From: the human T2T-CHM13v2.0 reference genome, Homo sapiens | Reading direction: 5' to 3' (one strand) | Assembly (NCBI RefSeq): GCF_009914755.1 | Contig: NC_060937.1 | Length of the DNA stretch: 64,000 bases | Part shown: one piece after another, positions 15,775-32,515 of the stretch | Position numbering within the stretch: the first letter of the stretch is position 1 | Layout of the letters: every line of letters starts with the position of its first letter | Notes under the pieces: model-generated | What the model was told of the DNA's origin: nothing | The model's input: only the letters and a program-made list of their open reading frames with translations | Databases searched by the model: none | Position numbers and translations under genes: made by a program

Positions 15775-16422
15775 CATGGTACAGCCATTGTGGAAAGCAG
15801 TATGGAGTTCTCAAAAATATTAAAATAGAACTATCATATAATCCAGCAATCCCATCCCTGGGTATATATCTAAAGGAAATGAAATCAGTACCCCAAAGAG
15901 GTGTCTGCACTCCCATGTTTATTGCAGCATTAGTTACAACAGCCAAGATATGGAATCAACCCATCAGCAGATGAAAGGATAAAGGACATGTGATACATAT
16001 ACACAATGGAGTAGTATTCAGCCTTAAAAAAGAAGAAAATCCTGTCATTTGCAACAACATGGATGAGCCTAGAGAACATACTAAATGAAATAAGCCAGGC
16101 ATAGAAAGACAAATGCTGCATAGTCTCACTTAGGTGTGGAATCTAAAAAAGTCAAATTAAAAAAAAATGTCAAGCAGAGAATAGAATGGTAGTTGCCAGG
16201 GACTCTGGGAAGTAGCAGGGGTGGGGGTGGAGGGGAGGGGATGGGCAGAAGTTGGTCAAAAGGTACAAAGTTTCAGGTAGACAGGTGTAAGTTCTGGGGA
16301 TCTATTGTACAGCGTGGTGACTGTAGTTAATACTGTATTGTGTACTTAAAAATTGCTCACCAAAAATGTTCTCACCAAAAAAATGATGTTTGGATATGTT
16401 AAACAGTTTGATTTAATCATTT

Positions 16423-16463
<41 letters not shown>

Positions 16464-16520
16464 CATCAAAACATCACATTATATACCATATACAATTAAT
16501 ATATACAATTTTTGTCAAAG
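15775..16520 (+). mobile_element. L1MA-type 3' fragment
   Basis: atccagcaatcccatccctgggtatatatctaaaggaaatgaaatcag...tcctgtcatttgcaacaacatggatgagcctagag; ORF 15672-15974 resembles the L1 ORF2 C-terminus. Confidence 0.85.
16427..16460. repeat. (GT)17 microsatellite
   Basis: Read directly. Confidence 0.95.
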
Positions 16521-16802
16521 AAAAAATGCACATGACCAATATGATAAAAGTTTAGTCTCACTAGTAATAAAAATCAAAATTAAATGAAATAAAAATTTCT
16601 TTCCCCAAATCGCAAAAGAGAAAGAAAGGTAATACTAAAACACAGTCACGGTGTAGTGAGAGGGCTGCTCTCACACAGGACTGATGAGAATAAAATTGGA
16701 GAGCAGTGTGGTAATATACATATTAAACAATGTATATACCCTCTCATTTTAGAAATTCTATATTAGAAATCCATCCTAAGAAAATAACCAGGGATGTGAT
16801 CA

Positions 16803-17503
<701 letters not shown>

Positions 17504-18445
17504 GTGATATATTTTTAAAATAGAGTATATTACTTATATAGACATCAAAAACAATATTTTCAAGGGATATTTAAAAACATAGGATCATGACAAAATGTAA
17601 AGTTCAAAGGTAAGATGGAGAATGGAGAACTGTGGGGAACTGTATAATCTGACAATTCGTAGTTGCATACATCTTTCTGTGTGCTGGTGCTGTTAGAACA
17701 CTTTGTACGCATCACCTCATTTAAGTTCAGCATCCCTAGGTGGCAGATACTATTATTATATTCCAGTTTTGTTTCACGTTGTATATGCGGTGTGAGCCCC
17801 AATATGGGATGTGTGTGTGCACATGTGCAGTATTTGGAAAGTTCTATGAAATATTATTAGTGGTTATCTCTGGGAGGTGATTTTTATTCCTTTTCCAGTA
17901 TGTTCTCAAGCATTTGCTGCAAGCAGTCTTTTGCGGGGCCAGGGTTGAGAGGCAGCAGCAGTTTCCCTAAATTACAGATAGAGGGAGGTAGGTGGTTATG
18001 CTTGGCCAGATCTCTGTCTAGGGGTAGAGGAGTGCCTGTGTGTGGGTAGGGACACCGGCGGGGGGCTTTGCCAAACACAGTGGAACTGTCACGCTGGTCT
18101 CTCTTCTCAACTCTTTCACTCACCTGAGAAAAGGGTGTCTATGGACCATGCACACTTCTGTGGGGAATTTTACAAGATGTGAATCATCAGTGATGAAGAT
18201 GCTTTCATTTAAAAAGAATTGGAGTACCTGAGATTAGAGATAACTTCTACCCTTTTAAAATATTTTTAAAAATTTCTTTGCACTGATTTTTTTTCTTCGT
18301 TTTTATGAGTTGTTTTCATTTGGGTGGGATAACTCAATCTACAGGAGAATATTAAGACTTTTTAAATTTTAAAAAATATACTTTCAAATACTTAATACAT
18401 TTTGTGTTAAATGACAGCCAGCAGATATTGACTGAATTGGGCTAG

Positions 18446-18847
<402 letters not shown>

Positions 18848-19152
18848 TACTTTATTAATCCACTTGCAGAAACAGGATATACACAAAAACGTTTCAAGGC
18901 TGTAAGTGCCACTGCATGGCACCAATGGTAAACGTTTTACAAATTTGAGTCAGGAACAATCATTAGTGTCACTAGCAACAAAAATCAAAATTAAATGAAA
19001 TAAAAAATTTCTTTCCCCAAATGGCAAAGGAGAAAGAAAGGTAATACTAACACGCAGTCAGGGTGTAGTGAGAGGGCCGCTCTCACACAGGACTGGTAAG
19101 TACAGAGCCATGGAGTAAGCAGGTCTTGAGCTGACACTGGAGAGGATCCTTT

Positions 19153-19315
<163 letters not shown>

Positions 19316-20553
19316 TAGTGTTGTCAAGGAGAAGGAACAGAGGTGTGGATGGGTGGGCACAGACACAGGAGCACAGCTGAAGCAGAGGATTACAAAGGGT
19401 GGAGCCTGATGTAAAGAAACCTAATAGGTGACAGAGCATGGAGGCTCTTGAATACCAGGCTGGAAACTGCATTAGGAACGGTGCTCATAATTGCAGAAAA
19501 TTTTACATGGCCTAGATAGTCATCAAAGGATGATGTACAAACAACTATGGCATATTTATACAATGTGCCGACAGGATGCACTGAACATTTTGAACAACAA
19601 AGAGACTTGATAATGGCGAGGTTTTGAGGAGGTGAATCAGGATGCAAAAAAAGCAAACAACTAATAAAGTTGATTGATGACAAACACTATCAAAAGGCAG
19701 CCAGGAGAAAAGCTACTGGTTACCTCCAGGGAGCTGGTGAGGGAGGCTGGGTGGGAGGATCTACCCTTCTGAATTCTGAGGGCACCTCCAGTGTGGCCCT
19801 CAGAAAGCAGGAGCTTCCAGGCTAGAATCAGATCCCGACATCCCTGTTAATTCCACGGATTCCACACCGAGTCAGATTTATGATTTACTATAGGGTTTTA
19901 AAAACCAAATTGCAGGGATGCTAGCCTATCACAGCTTATCTCAGACATTGTCCACTAAGGTATACAGAGTGCTGCCTGTTCCTTTGGTACCCTAATCAGG
20001 AAACCCCATCAGATCTGCTCCTTCCTATGGGGTAGTGAGTAACACGAAGGCTTACCATCTCACACAGATAACTGGTCATAGGTCCAGCAGAAGTTTAAAA
20101 CAGAAAATGAGGAAAGCCATGTGATTAACTGCTGCCAGACTGTTTGTGTTACAAACAGCAGTTCCTTAGGCATTGCCTGGGACATGCAATAATTTCTGTT
20201 ACACAATCTGTGGTAGTTAAAATGCTGCACGATGAAAGCTATCTGATTTGGATTCATTATTAGGTGAGCCATCTCGTCTGCAATTTGGTTCCACCATTTT
20301 CATTTAACAAATGTAAAAAAGTTTATTAAGCTCTTACAAAGTTATGCTGGGCAAATATGCAAAAGTCCAGATCACCTACCGCAGGAACTAATCTAGCCTC
20401 CTCTCTGGGCACCCTGTTGTTTGGGGCTGGGCAGTTCTTTCCTGTGTAGAACCATCTAGGGCTGAATAGGTCATTCTGACACCTGGGCACCTCTGCCTGC
20501 TCGTAAATGGGACAATCAGAAAGGGCCCTTATGTTTCCAAACTTTCTTTAAAG

Positions 20554-21399
<846 letters not shown>

Positions 21400-21815
21400 C
21401 CCTAGAAGGACAGCCCCAGCCCGGGTCAGGAACAACTGGGACAGAACCTACTGCTCCTAGTGGATTGTAATATGATAGGATTTAACCTTCAAGGTTTCAA
21501 CTCTTGGCAAGAGTCCATGAGGGGCCATGGTTTGTCCTGAGCATTGCTTACTGTTAACAGGAGCAAGTTCCTTAGGCTGGTGAGCCAAGCCAGCCTGACG
21601 CTGGCCATGGACATCTTAGTGGGCTGCTTGTTCTAGTGTGGGTTTTCATTTTATGGGAAATGTAATCTGCTCTAAGGCTCTTCTCATTTGGGGAAATCAC
21701 AAGTTCTCAGAATGTTTGTCTCTCTTGGTTGGGGCCTCTATAATTAAATTATAAAACAGAGGTAATGGTTAAGTAATGCAAGATTTGACAGAAACCACAG
21801 AGGATTTAGGGTTTA

Positions 21816-22484
<669 letters not shown>

Positions 22485-22927
22485 AAAGATTGGATGAAAC
22501 AACAGAGTGGGGAGGACCTGTGAGCTTGGTAGCTTGGTGAAGGCAGGGCTTTATTGGGGGCCTTAGAGGGGATCCAATAAAGGTTCCCAGTCATGGTAGT
22601 GACCTAAAGAAAATAGCATTTTAACATCTTTCATTTCATAATAGACAGTCACAGTTTACAAGACCCTTTCCATACATTCCTTATGACATCCATACTACAG
22701 CCCAGAGGCAAGTTGTGCACTCTCTCCTCTCACAAATACAAAAACTCAGCCTCTAGAGGCCAGCGACCTGCTCAGGGTGATGTGCAATTCAGGGATGACA
22801 GAGTCGAGGCTCCCAGCCCAGTGGTTATCCCTCACAGGCACGTTGCCTGTCAGTGTGCAGTATAAAACTTTGTACAAGAAATCAAGTTGCATTAGTCAGT
22901 CGGATTCCCCAAATGATCACATTGTAG

Positions 22928-23341
<414 letters not shown>

Positions 23342-23439
23342 AATGTGACTTTATAATTACAGAATGTAGGACTCAGCTCCCACTATTGTTATGACTCAAT
23401 ATTCTCTTAGATAATGTTTGGGGCACTAGCTTACAGGCA

Positions 23440-23620
23440 GCATTGCCCGGTGGTTAATGTTGTAGCTTTGCAGGCAGACTGACCATATTAAAATTCGATC
23501 ACACCATTTGCTAAGCCTGTGGACTTGGGCACGCTTCTTTCTCTGCGTTAGTTTCCTCCTCTGTAAAACACGGATGATGCTATAAACACACCCAAGTCCT
23601 AGAATTGTTATATGAGTTAG
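23440..23620 (+). mobile_element. MIR
   Basis: Core-like ctgtggacttgggc...agtttcctcctctgtaaaa. Confidence 0.6.
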
Positions 23621-24383
23621 AAAAGATAGGCAAATACAACTCTCACAAGACAGCCTGGCCTCCAGTAAGTGCCACTGAGTGTTTGCTCTTATTGTACAGT
23701 GGCTCCAAGTGCTTCTGTCTTGGATTATTTCTGACCAGGTGGCTATGTCTCCTAGTAACTTACCAATCCTGTTGAGTCTTAATAAGCACGTCTTTGATGC
23801 CTACAGTGCGACTGAATTTCCAGGCCTCATTACTGGAGACACAATCATCCTATATGCTTTTTTCCATTTGTTTTTAATAAAGTGGTACATGTGTATGGCA
23901 CCAGATCAAACAGTACAGAACAAGTTACAATGGAAGAGAATGGCCTCCCAGCTTTCCTGAAATCCTCAACTCAGAGACAACTTTTTTTTTTCTGACGGTT
24001 TCTTTATACAGCCCTTTTTGTGGTTACCTTCCTAACTCTAGAAAAACTATTCTTACCTCTGTTTATTTACTTAGAAACATTAGACGTTACCTTTCAACTC
24101 CTCAGTATGAAGCTTTAGTTTTCAGCACCCCAGGCCACCACCCTCTTTCCAGGACTTACTACTTATACTGGTGGTAGGTGGAATTTTAAAATTCATCAGC
24201 ATTCTTTTGTGATTCTCTGTGTGTTCCAGTTTTACAGCAACCCGTACTTGTTGCATGAGTACAGTAGAACTGGGAGGCTCATAACTTAGCCTGCAGGACT
24301 TTTCACTTAAAGCCTGGCCCTCAGGGTGATGTCACCCACCTCATTGTGCCTGGCTCAGGAGTTTAGTCCCTCAGTTGCCTGGT

Positions 24384-24771
24384 TGTATAGTTTGGATGTT
24401 CAGCACCTCCAAATCTCACATTGAAATGTGATCTCCAATGTTGGATGTGGGGCCTGGTGGGAGGTGTCTGGGTCATCAGGTGGGTCCCTCTTGAATGGCT
24501 TGGTGCCTTCCCCATCGTAACGAGTGAGTTCTTGCTCTGGCAGTTCACACAAGAGCTGGCTTTTTAAAGGAGCCTGGCACCTTCCGCTCTTTCTCTTGCT
24601 CTTCCTCTTCCCTTCCTTTGTCACTAAAAGCTTCCTGAGCCCTCACCAGAAGCGGTGCAGATGCTGGTGCCATGCTTGGACCTCCTGTAGAACTGTGAGC
24701 CAAATAAACTCTTTCCTATAAATTACCCAGTTTCAGGTATTCCTTTATACAATGCAAAACAGACTCACACA
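24384..24771 (+). mobile_element. MST-type MaLR solo LTR
   Basis: atagtttggatgtt...ccaaatctcacattgaaatgtgatctccaatgttgga...agaactgtgagccaaataaac...caatgcaaaacagactcacaca. Confidence 0.85.
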
Positions 24772-25459
24772 TCTGGTAAACCCCAGTTGTTTGCTTCTAG
24801 GTAAGACGGGAGGAGTGGGGAGCTGGTGAGGGTTTCCACTGCATTGTCTATTTTCAGGCAAGGTGTCTCCACTGAGTAGGCTTCACATTCAGAGCTCTGG
24901 GTAAGGTGGGCAGGAAGAGGGTTGCAGGCTGCCCAAAGGAGGGAGAGAAGAAGGCTGAATCCTTCAGTGACAACCTGTGAACCAGAGTCTTAGCTCTCTT
25001 TGAATATTTTGTTCAGTATCTTTGGGTTTTGTTTTATTTTGCCTAGGGGTAAATGCTGACTGCCTGTTCTCTGGACAGGAATGGAGAAGATGGTGCTAGC
25101 AGGGTTGCTGTTCATATGTAGACATTCATGCAGTCACTCTCTTTTCAGCACACTTCTTACTTCTGCCCTGGGTTCAGTTGCTGACTCTGAGCCCAGAAAC
25201 CTTCTAGGGTTCTGTTAGGTAGATTGGCTTCCACCGTCTTTGCGACAACCACAGAAAATTCTAGACTGTTTTCTCTTCGGGCTTCATTAGTCAACTTGCT
25301 TCAGTCTGTCTTGCATCTTCTAAATATTTATAGATCTCTCTCTTTTGTTGGAGTGGCAGAAAATGCTAGTTGACCACCCAATATTCAAATTATCCTGCCT
25401 CCTTAATAACAGAATATCATTGGATGTGGTGGGTAAATAATATACCCTAACTTTCCTTG

Positions 25460-26030
25460 CAGAGAGGGGTGGCCAATGAGATGGAAATGAAAGTCATTGG
25501 GAAAGACTCCCAAGACATCTCTTTAAACAAGACAGACTGAAGCAAGTTGACTAATGAAGCCCAAAGCTAGCAGTTGTTTTTGTTTATCTTTGCCTCTTTC
25601 TTCTTCTTCCTGTGGGGACAAAGGGCAGTGATATCTGGAGCTGCAGCAGCCATTTTGGCATAATGTTGGAAAAGCCAAGAGACTCTCAGAGACCGCAGCT
25701 CCAGCAGTTTTTTATTTTTTCCAAATATTTGCTCCACTGCAGGAGGATGAGATATTCGTGTTTGTTGCCTTGTGACTGTAGGAGGACTGCACTTCCCTGC
25801 CTTGTTGTCAAGTTTCCCCATGTGGTCTGCTTTGGCCAGTAAAACATGAGTGGGAGAAGCTTGGTGAACCATTGCATGTCTACCAGCTTTTTTGCTCTCT
25901 TCCCTTTGGCATTAGAAAGGCATGTCCAGGATGGAGTTGTTCCTTCAGCCTAGATTGGGTTATGAGAAGCTAGCTGGGGGAGTCCAGTAACATATAAAGC
26001 GAGTTAGAAATAAAACTTTGTTGTTGTAAG

Positions 26031-26031
<1 letters not shown>
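25460..26031 (+). mobile_element. Old MLT1-family LTR fragments, resuming after the L1 at ~27374-27415
   Basis: tggccaatgagatg, ctggagctgcagcagccatttt, aataaaactttgttgttgtaagc | gagctacagatattttgagtttggttaccacag. Confidence 0.55.

Positions 26032-26079
<48 letters not shown>
26032..26079. repeat. (TA)24 microsatellite at the L1 tail
   Basis: Read directly. Confidence 0.95.
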
Positions 26080-26083
<4 letters not shown>

Positions 26084-26099
26084 GTATGTAATATATAAA

Positions 26100-27372
<1,273 letters not shown>

Positions 27373-27768
27373 TGAGCTACAGATATTTTGAGTTTGGTTA
27401 CCACAGTATTATCTAGTGGAAGTTGACTTATACAGTATGTAATAGGATAAATATAGGTGTGTAACAGAATATTAAGTGTTCGTGTTTCAAAGCTGAGGGG
27501 AAAATGTTAAAAGTGTTCACACACTCTAAAAAGAGATTAGCTAAAACTGCTTCATTAACCACACTTTGGGGAAACCAGTTCTGAGATTCTTCTTCATTAC
27601 TCTGACAGGTTGGACCCTCTGGGGAGCAGATCTCAAGATCAAGTTATGAGTGCAAGAGGTGTGTTGGGAAGCGATGGTTGTAAAAGAATCCTGCAGTAGC
27701 ACCAGGCACAAGTCTGTCCAGGGAGAGGAGGACTTCTACTCTCTACCAGCATCTCTCCTAAGTCCCCT

Positions 27769-28517
27769 TAGGGGACGGGGGCAAGGAAGTGCTGGGAAGG
27801 GCAGGGCATGGTTCCTGGCTAGGACTCCACCCCCCTGGGGCCTGTACCCACGGACCTAGGTGAAGACAGGCACTCCTGCCTTCTCGCCCAACGGTTGCGT
27901 TTCCCAAGATCATCCTGGCCTGCCACGCCCCCATCTACCTATTAAACTCCCCCACCTTCCCCAAACCCTAGCAGGCAGACACACATCGGTGGAAGAAGAC
28001 AGGAGCGGCTGGACATTGAAAGGACGTCGAGAGGAGCACACCTGCACACCATCGACCAGCGGAACGAGGCAGAGTGTGGCTGGAGCAGTCGGAGGGAAGC
28101 CTGGGCCGCTGACTCCAGGGGAAAACCATCTCCTTTCTGGCTCCCCCCTCTGCTGGGAGATACTTTCACTGAATAAAACCTTGCACTCATTCTCCAAGCC
28201 CACCTGTGATCCGATTCTTCCTGTACACCAAGGCAAGAACCTGGGATACAGAAAGCCCTCTGTCCTTGTGATAAGGTAGAGGGTCTAACTGAGCTGGTTA
28301 ACACAAGCTGCCTATAGACAGCGAAACTGAAAGAGCACACAATAGCACACACTCATTGGGGCTTCAGGAGCTGTAAATATCCACCCCTAGACGCTGCCAT
28401 GGGGCGGGAGCCCCACAGCCTGCCCGTCTAGAGGTTTGAGCAGCGGGACACTGAAGAAGAGAGCCACACCCTCATCGCACGTCCTGCGAGGGAGACAAGG
28501 GAACTTTTCCGGTTTCA
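27769..28517 (+). mobile_element. ERV1 solo LTR (LTR1-family-like)
   Basis: ggcaaggaagtgctggg, cacggacctaggtgaagacaggcactcctgcc, ggacgtcgagaggagcacac, AATAAA at 28172, end gggaacttttccggtttca. Confidence 0.75.
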
Positions 28518-29170
28518 CTTCTGCTTGGCTTGAGCTGGCACTGAAGCACCCTTTTCCCTCCTCACTGAGGGAGCAGAGGGGAAAAGCGGTAGAACTAACA
28601 GGCTAACAATGCTCCTCCGAAAATATATCGTATTTTTGGATCCCTAGAGATAGGTGATCACGGCAGCCGCGGAGTGCATTTGGGTCTCCTTTCAAGAAAG
28701 AACTTGCTGCTCAGCGTTGAAGAATGCAGTTGGCCAACAGCCTCCAGCTGCTCTGTCTTCAGCATCTGCCATGGCATCTGAGCTGAGGTCATGTTCTTCC
28801 TGGGAGGTCCCCAACAGAAGGATCACGTGGAAGCTCCACAAGCTCCACAGATGTTCCAGGAGAGAAATAGGCAGCATTTGGAAGACATATCCTGCCATAA
28901 CAGAGGGCATTTGCTAGTAGAGACAACAAACAGCAACAGCCAAGTAAACAAACACACAAGCACAAAGCACTTTCTCCCATTTCCCCTCATTGATCCTGTC
29001 CGGGTAGAAGCTGGGGAGGAAGTAGAATAGGGTGAGGCGGGGTGGGGCTGGGGGGCCTACACCTTCTTCCTTCCCCCGCAGGTCCTGTCCCTGGGCCAGG
29101 CTTGAACTAGGGGAATGGGAAAAGCTGTGAAGTGAATGAGAATTAGGAGTTTTTATTTAGACTGGACTTG

Positions 29171-29537
<367 letters not shown>

Positions 29538-29696
29538 TAAAAATGACCAAAAAAGCTATGGGATATGCTGATGTTTTGCTTTGGGGATAAGGAAAAGATA
29601 TCTGGTTGAGCGGCATTGAAAACAGTGTAGGGAGAGAAAAACTCATTCCTGGCTCACCCTTTTGAGTCCCACTATCTCAATAATCTGATGTTATAT

Positions 29697-29697
<1 letters not shown>

Positions 29698-29727
<30 letters not shown>
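29698..29727. repeat. (AC)15 microsatellite
   Basis: Read directly. Confidence 0.95.
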
Positions 29728-29730
<3 letters not shown>

Positions 29731-29799
29731 GGAATCCTGGAAGACTCCATATCAAGGTGGTGATGAAGGTGACCAGTGGGTGATAGGATTATAGGTGTG

Positions 29800-30107
29800 T
29801 GTTTATTTATTTATTTTAATTACCTTTTTTTAGAGACAGGGTCTCTGTCATCCAGGCTGCAGTGCAGTGGTGTGATCATGGCTCACTGCAGTCTTGCACT
29901 CCAGGGCTCAATCCTCCTGCCTCAGTCTCCTGAGTAGCTGGAGCTGCAGTCATGCACCAACGTGCCCAACTAATTTACTTTATTTTATTTTTTATTTTTT
30001 GTTAAGATGGAATCTCACTTTATTGCCTAGGCTGGTCTTAAACTCCTGGTTTCAAGCATTCCTCCTACCTCAGCCTCTCAAAGTGCTGGAATTACTGCAC
30101 TTGGCCC
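29800..30107 (-). mobile_element. AluJ, diverged
   Basis: gtgatcatggctcactgcag...ctggtcttaaactcctgg. Confidence 0.85.
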
Positions 30108-30109
30108 TA

Positions 30110-30486
30110 TTTTATTTTTAAAAAATTTCAATAGTTTTAGGGGTAAAAGTGGCTTTGGTTACATAGATGAATTGTATAGTGATGAAGTCTGGATTTTTAG
30201 TGTACCCATCACCCAAATAGTGTACATTGTACCCAATGAGTAGTTTTTCATTCCTCACCCCCACACTGTCCCCACTTCTGAGTCTCCTGATGTCCATTAT
30301 AGCACCCTGCTTTTGCGCACTTAGAGCTTACCTCCCACTTAGAAGTGAGAACATGTGGTAGTTGGTTTTCCCTTCCTGAGTTACTTCACTTAGGTCAGTG
30401 GCCTCCAGTTTCATCTGAGTTGCTGCACATAACATGATTTCATTCTTTTTTTGACTGAGTAGTAGTCCATCTCTCTCTCTCACACA

Positions 30487-30520
<34 letters not shown>

Positions 30521-32515
30521 TTTATCCACTCATCCATTGATGGGCACTTAGGTTGCTTCTATATCTTTGCAATTGTGAATTGTGCTCCAATAAACATACA
30601 TGTGCAAGTGCTGTTTTTTCTCCCTTTTATCCTTCTTTTCTTCCCTATGCTTCCATAGGTACTGAGAAAGAGTCTTTTTTATATAATTATTTCTTTTCCT
30701 TTGGGAAGATACCCAGTAGTGGGATGGCTTGATCCAATGGTAGATCTGTTTTTAGTTCTTTGAGAAATCTCCATATTATCTCCATATTGTTTTCCATAGA
30801 GATTGTACTAATTTACATTCCCACCAACAATGTATGTGTTCCATTTTCACTGCATCGGCACCAACAACGGTTGTTTTTTGACTTTTTAATAATGGCCATT
30901 CTGGCTGGGGTAAGGTGGTATCTCACTGTGGTTTTAACTTGTATTTCCCTGATAATTAGTGATGTTGAGCATTTAGGAAATATATTTGTTGGCCATTTGT
31001 ATATCTTCTTTTAAGAAATATCTCTTGAAGTTGTTTGCCCACTTTTTAATGTGATTATTTGTTTTTTTTTCTTGCTGATTTGTTTGAGTTCCTTGTAGCT
31101 TCTGAATATTAGTCCTTTGTCAGAGGTATAGTTTGCAAATACTTTCTCCCATTCTGTAGGTTGTCTCTTTACTCTGTTGGTTATTTCTTTTGCTATGCAG
31201 AAGCTTTTTAGAATAATTAGGTCCCATTTACTTATTTCTGTTATTTTGTTGCATTTGTTTTTGGGGTGTTAGTCACAAATTCTTTGCCTAGACCAATGTC
31301 CAGAAGAGTTTTTCCTAGGTTTTCTTCTAGAATTTTTATGGTTTCAGGTCTTAGATTTATGTCTTTAATCCATCTTGAATTAATTTTTGTATATGGTGAG
31401 AGATAGGAACCCGGTTTCATTCTTTTACACTACATGTGGCTATCCAATTTTCCCAGCACTGTTTATTGAATAGGATTTCCTTTCCCCAGTGTATGTTTTT
31501 GTTTGTTTGGCTGAAGATCAGTTGGTTGTAGGTATTTGGTTTTATTTCTGGGTTCTCTATGCTATTCTACTTTTATACCGGTTCCATGCTGTTTTGATTA
31601 CAATAGCCTCGTAGTATAATTTGAAGTTGGGTAATGTGATGCCTCCAGATTTGCTCTTTTTTTGCTTAGGATTGCTTTGGCTATTTGGACCCCTCTTTGG
31701 TCTCATATAAATTTTAGGATTGGTTTTTCTAATTCTGTGAAAAATGACATTGGTATTTTGATAAGGGTTGCACTGAATCTGTGGATTGCTTTGGGTAGTA
31801 TAGTCATTTTTACAATATTGATTCTTCTAATCCATAAGCATGGTATGTTTCTCCATTTGCTTGTGTCATCTATTATTTCTTTCATTAGTGTTTTGTAATT
31901 CTCCTTGTAGGGGTCTTTCACCTCCTTGGTTAAGTATATTCCTATGTATTTTATTTTTATTTTTTGCAGCTATTGTAAATGGGATTGAGTTCTTGATTTG
32001 ATTTTGAGCTTGGCCATCATTGGTGTATAGCAGTGCTAGTGATTTGTGTACATTGATTTTGTAACCTAACACTACTAAATTCACTTATCAAATCTGGGAG
32101 ATTTTTGAGGATTCCTTAGGATTTTCTAGGTATGAGATCATATCATTGGTAGAGGTAGTTTGAGTTTCTCTTTTCCAGTTTGGATGCCCTTTATTTCTTT
32201 CTCTTGCCTGATTGCTCTGACTAGGGCTTCTAGTACTATGTTGAATAGAAATGGTGAAAAGTGGGCATCCTTGTCTCATTCTAATTTTTAGGGGGAAATG
32301 CTTTCAACTTTTCCCCATTCATTTTGATGTTGGCTGTGAGTTTGTCATAGATGATTCTTACTATTTTGAGATATATTCATTTGATGCCTAGTTTGTTGAG
32401 GGATTTTATCATAAAAGGAGGCTGGATTTTATTGAATGCTTTTTCTGCATCTATTAAAATGATTACGTTTTTCATTTTTAATTCTGTTTATGTCATGAAT
32501 CACATTTATTGACTT
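30110..32515 (-). mobile_element. L1 (L1PB/L1MA-like) 3' ~2.4 kb, with (CT)n(CA)n at ~30470-30520
   Basis: ORF2 remnants on the minus strand, e.g. [34 protein letters not shown] (31703-31921), broken by stops and frameshifts. Confidence 0.92.
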
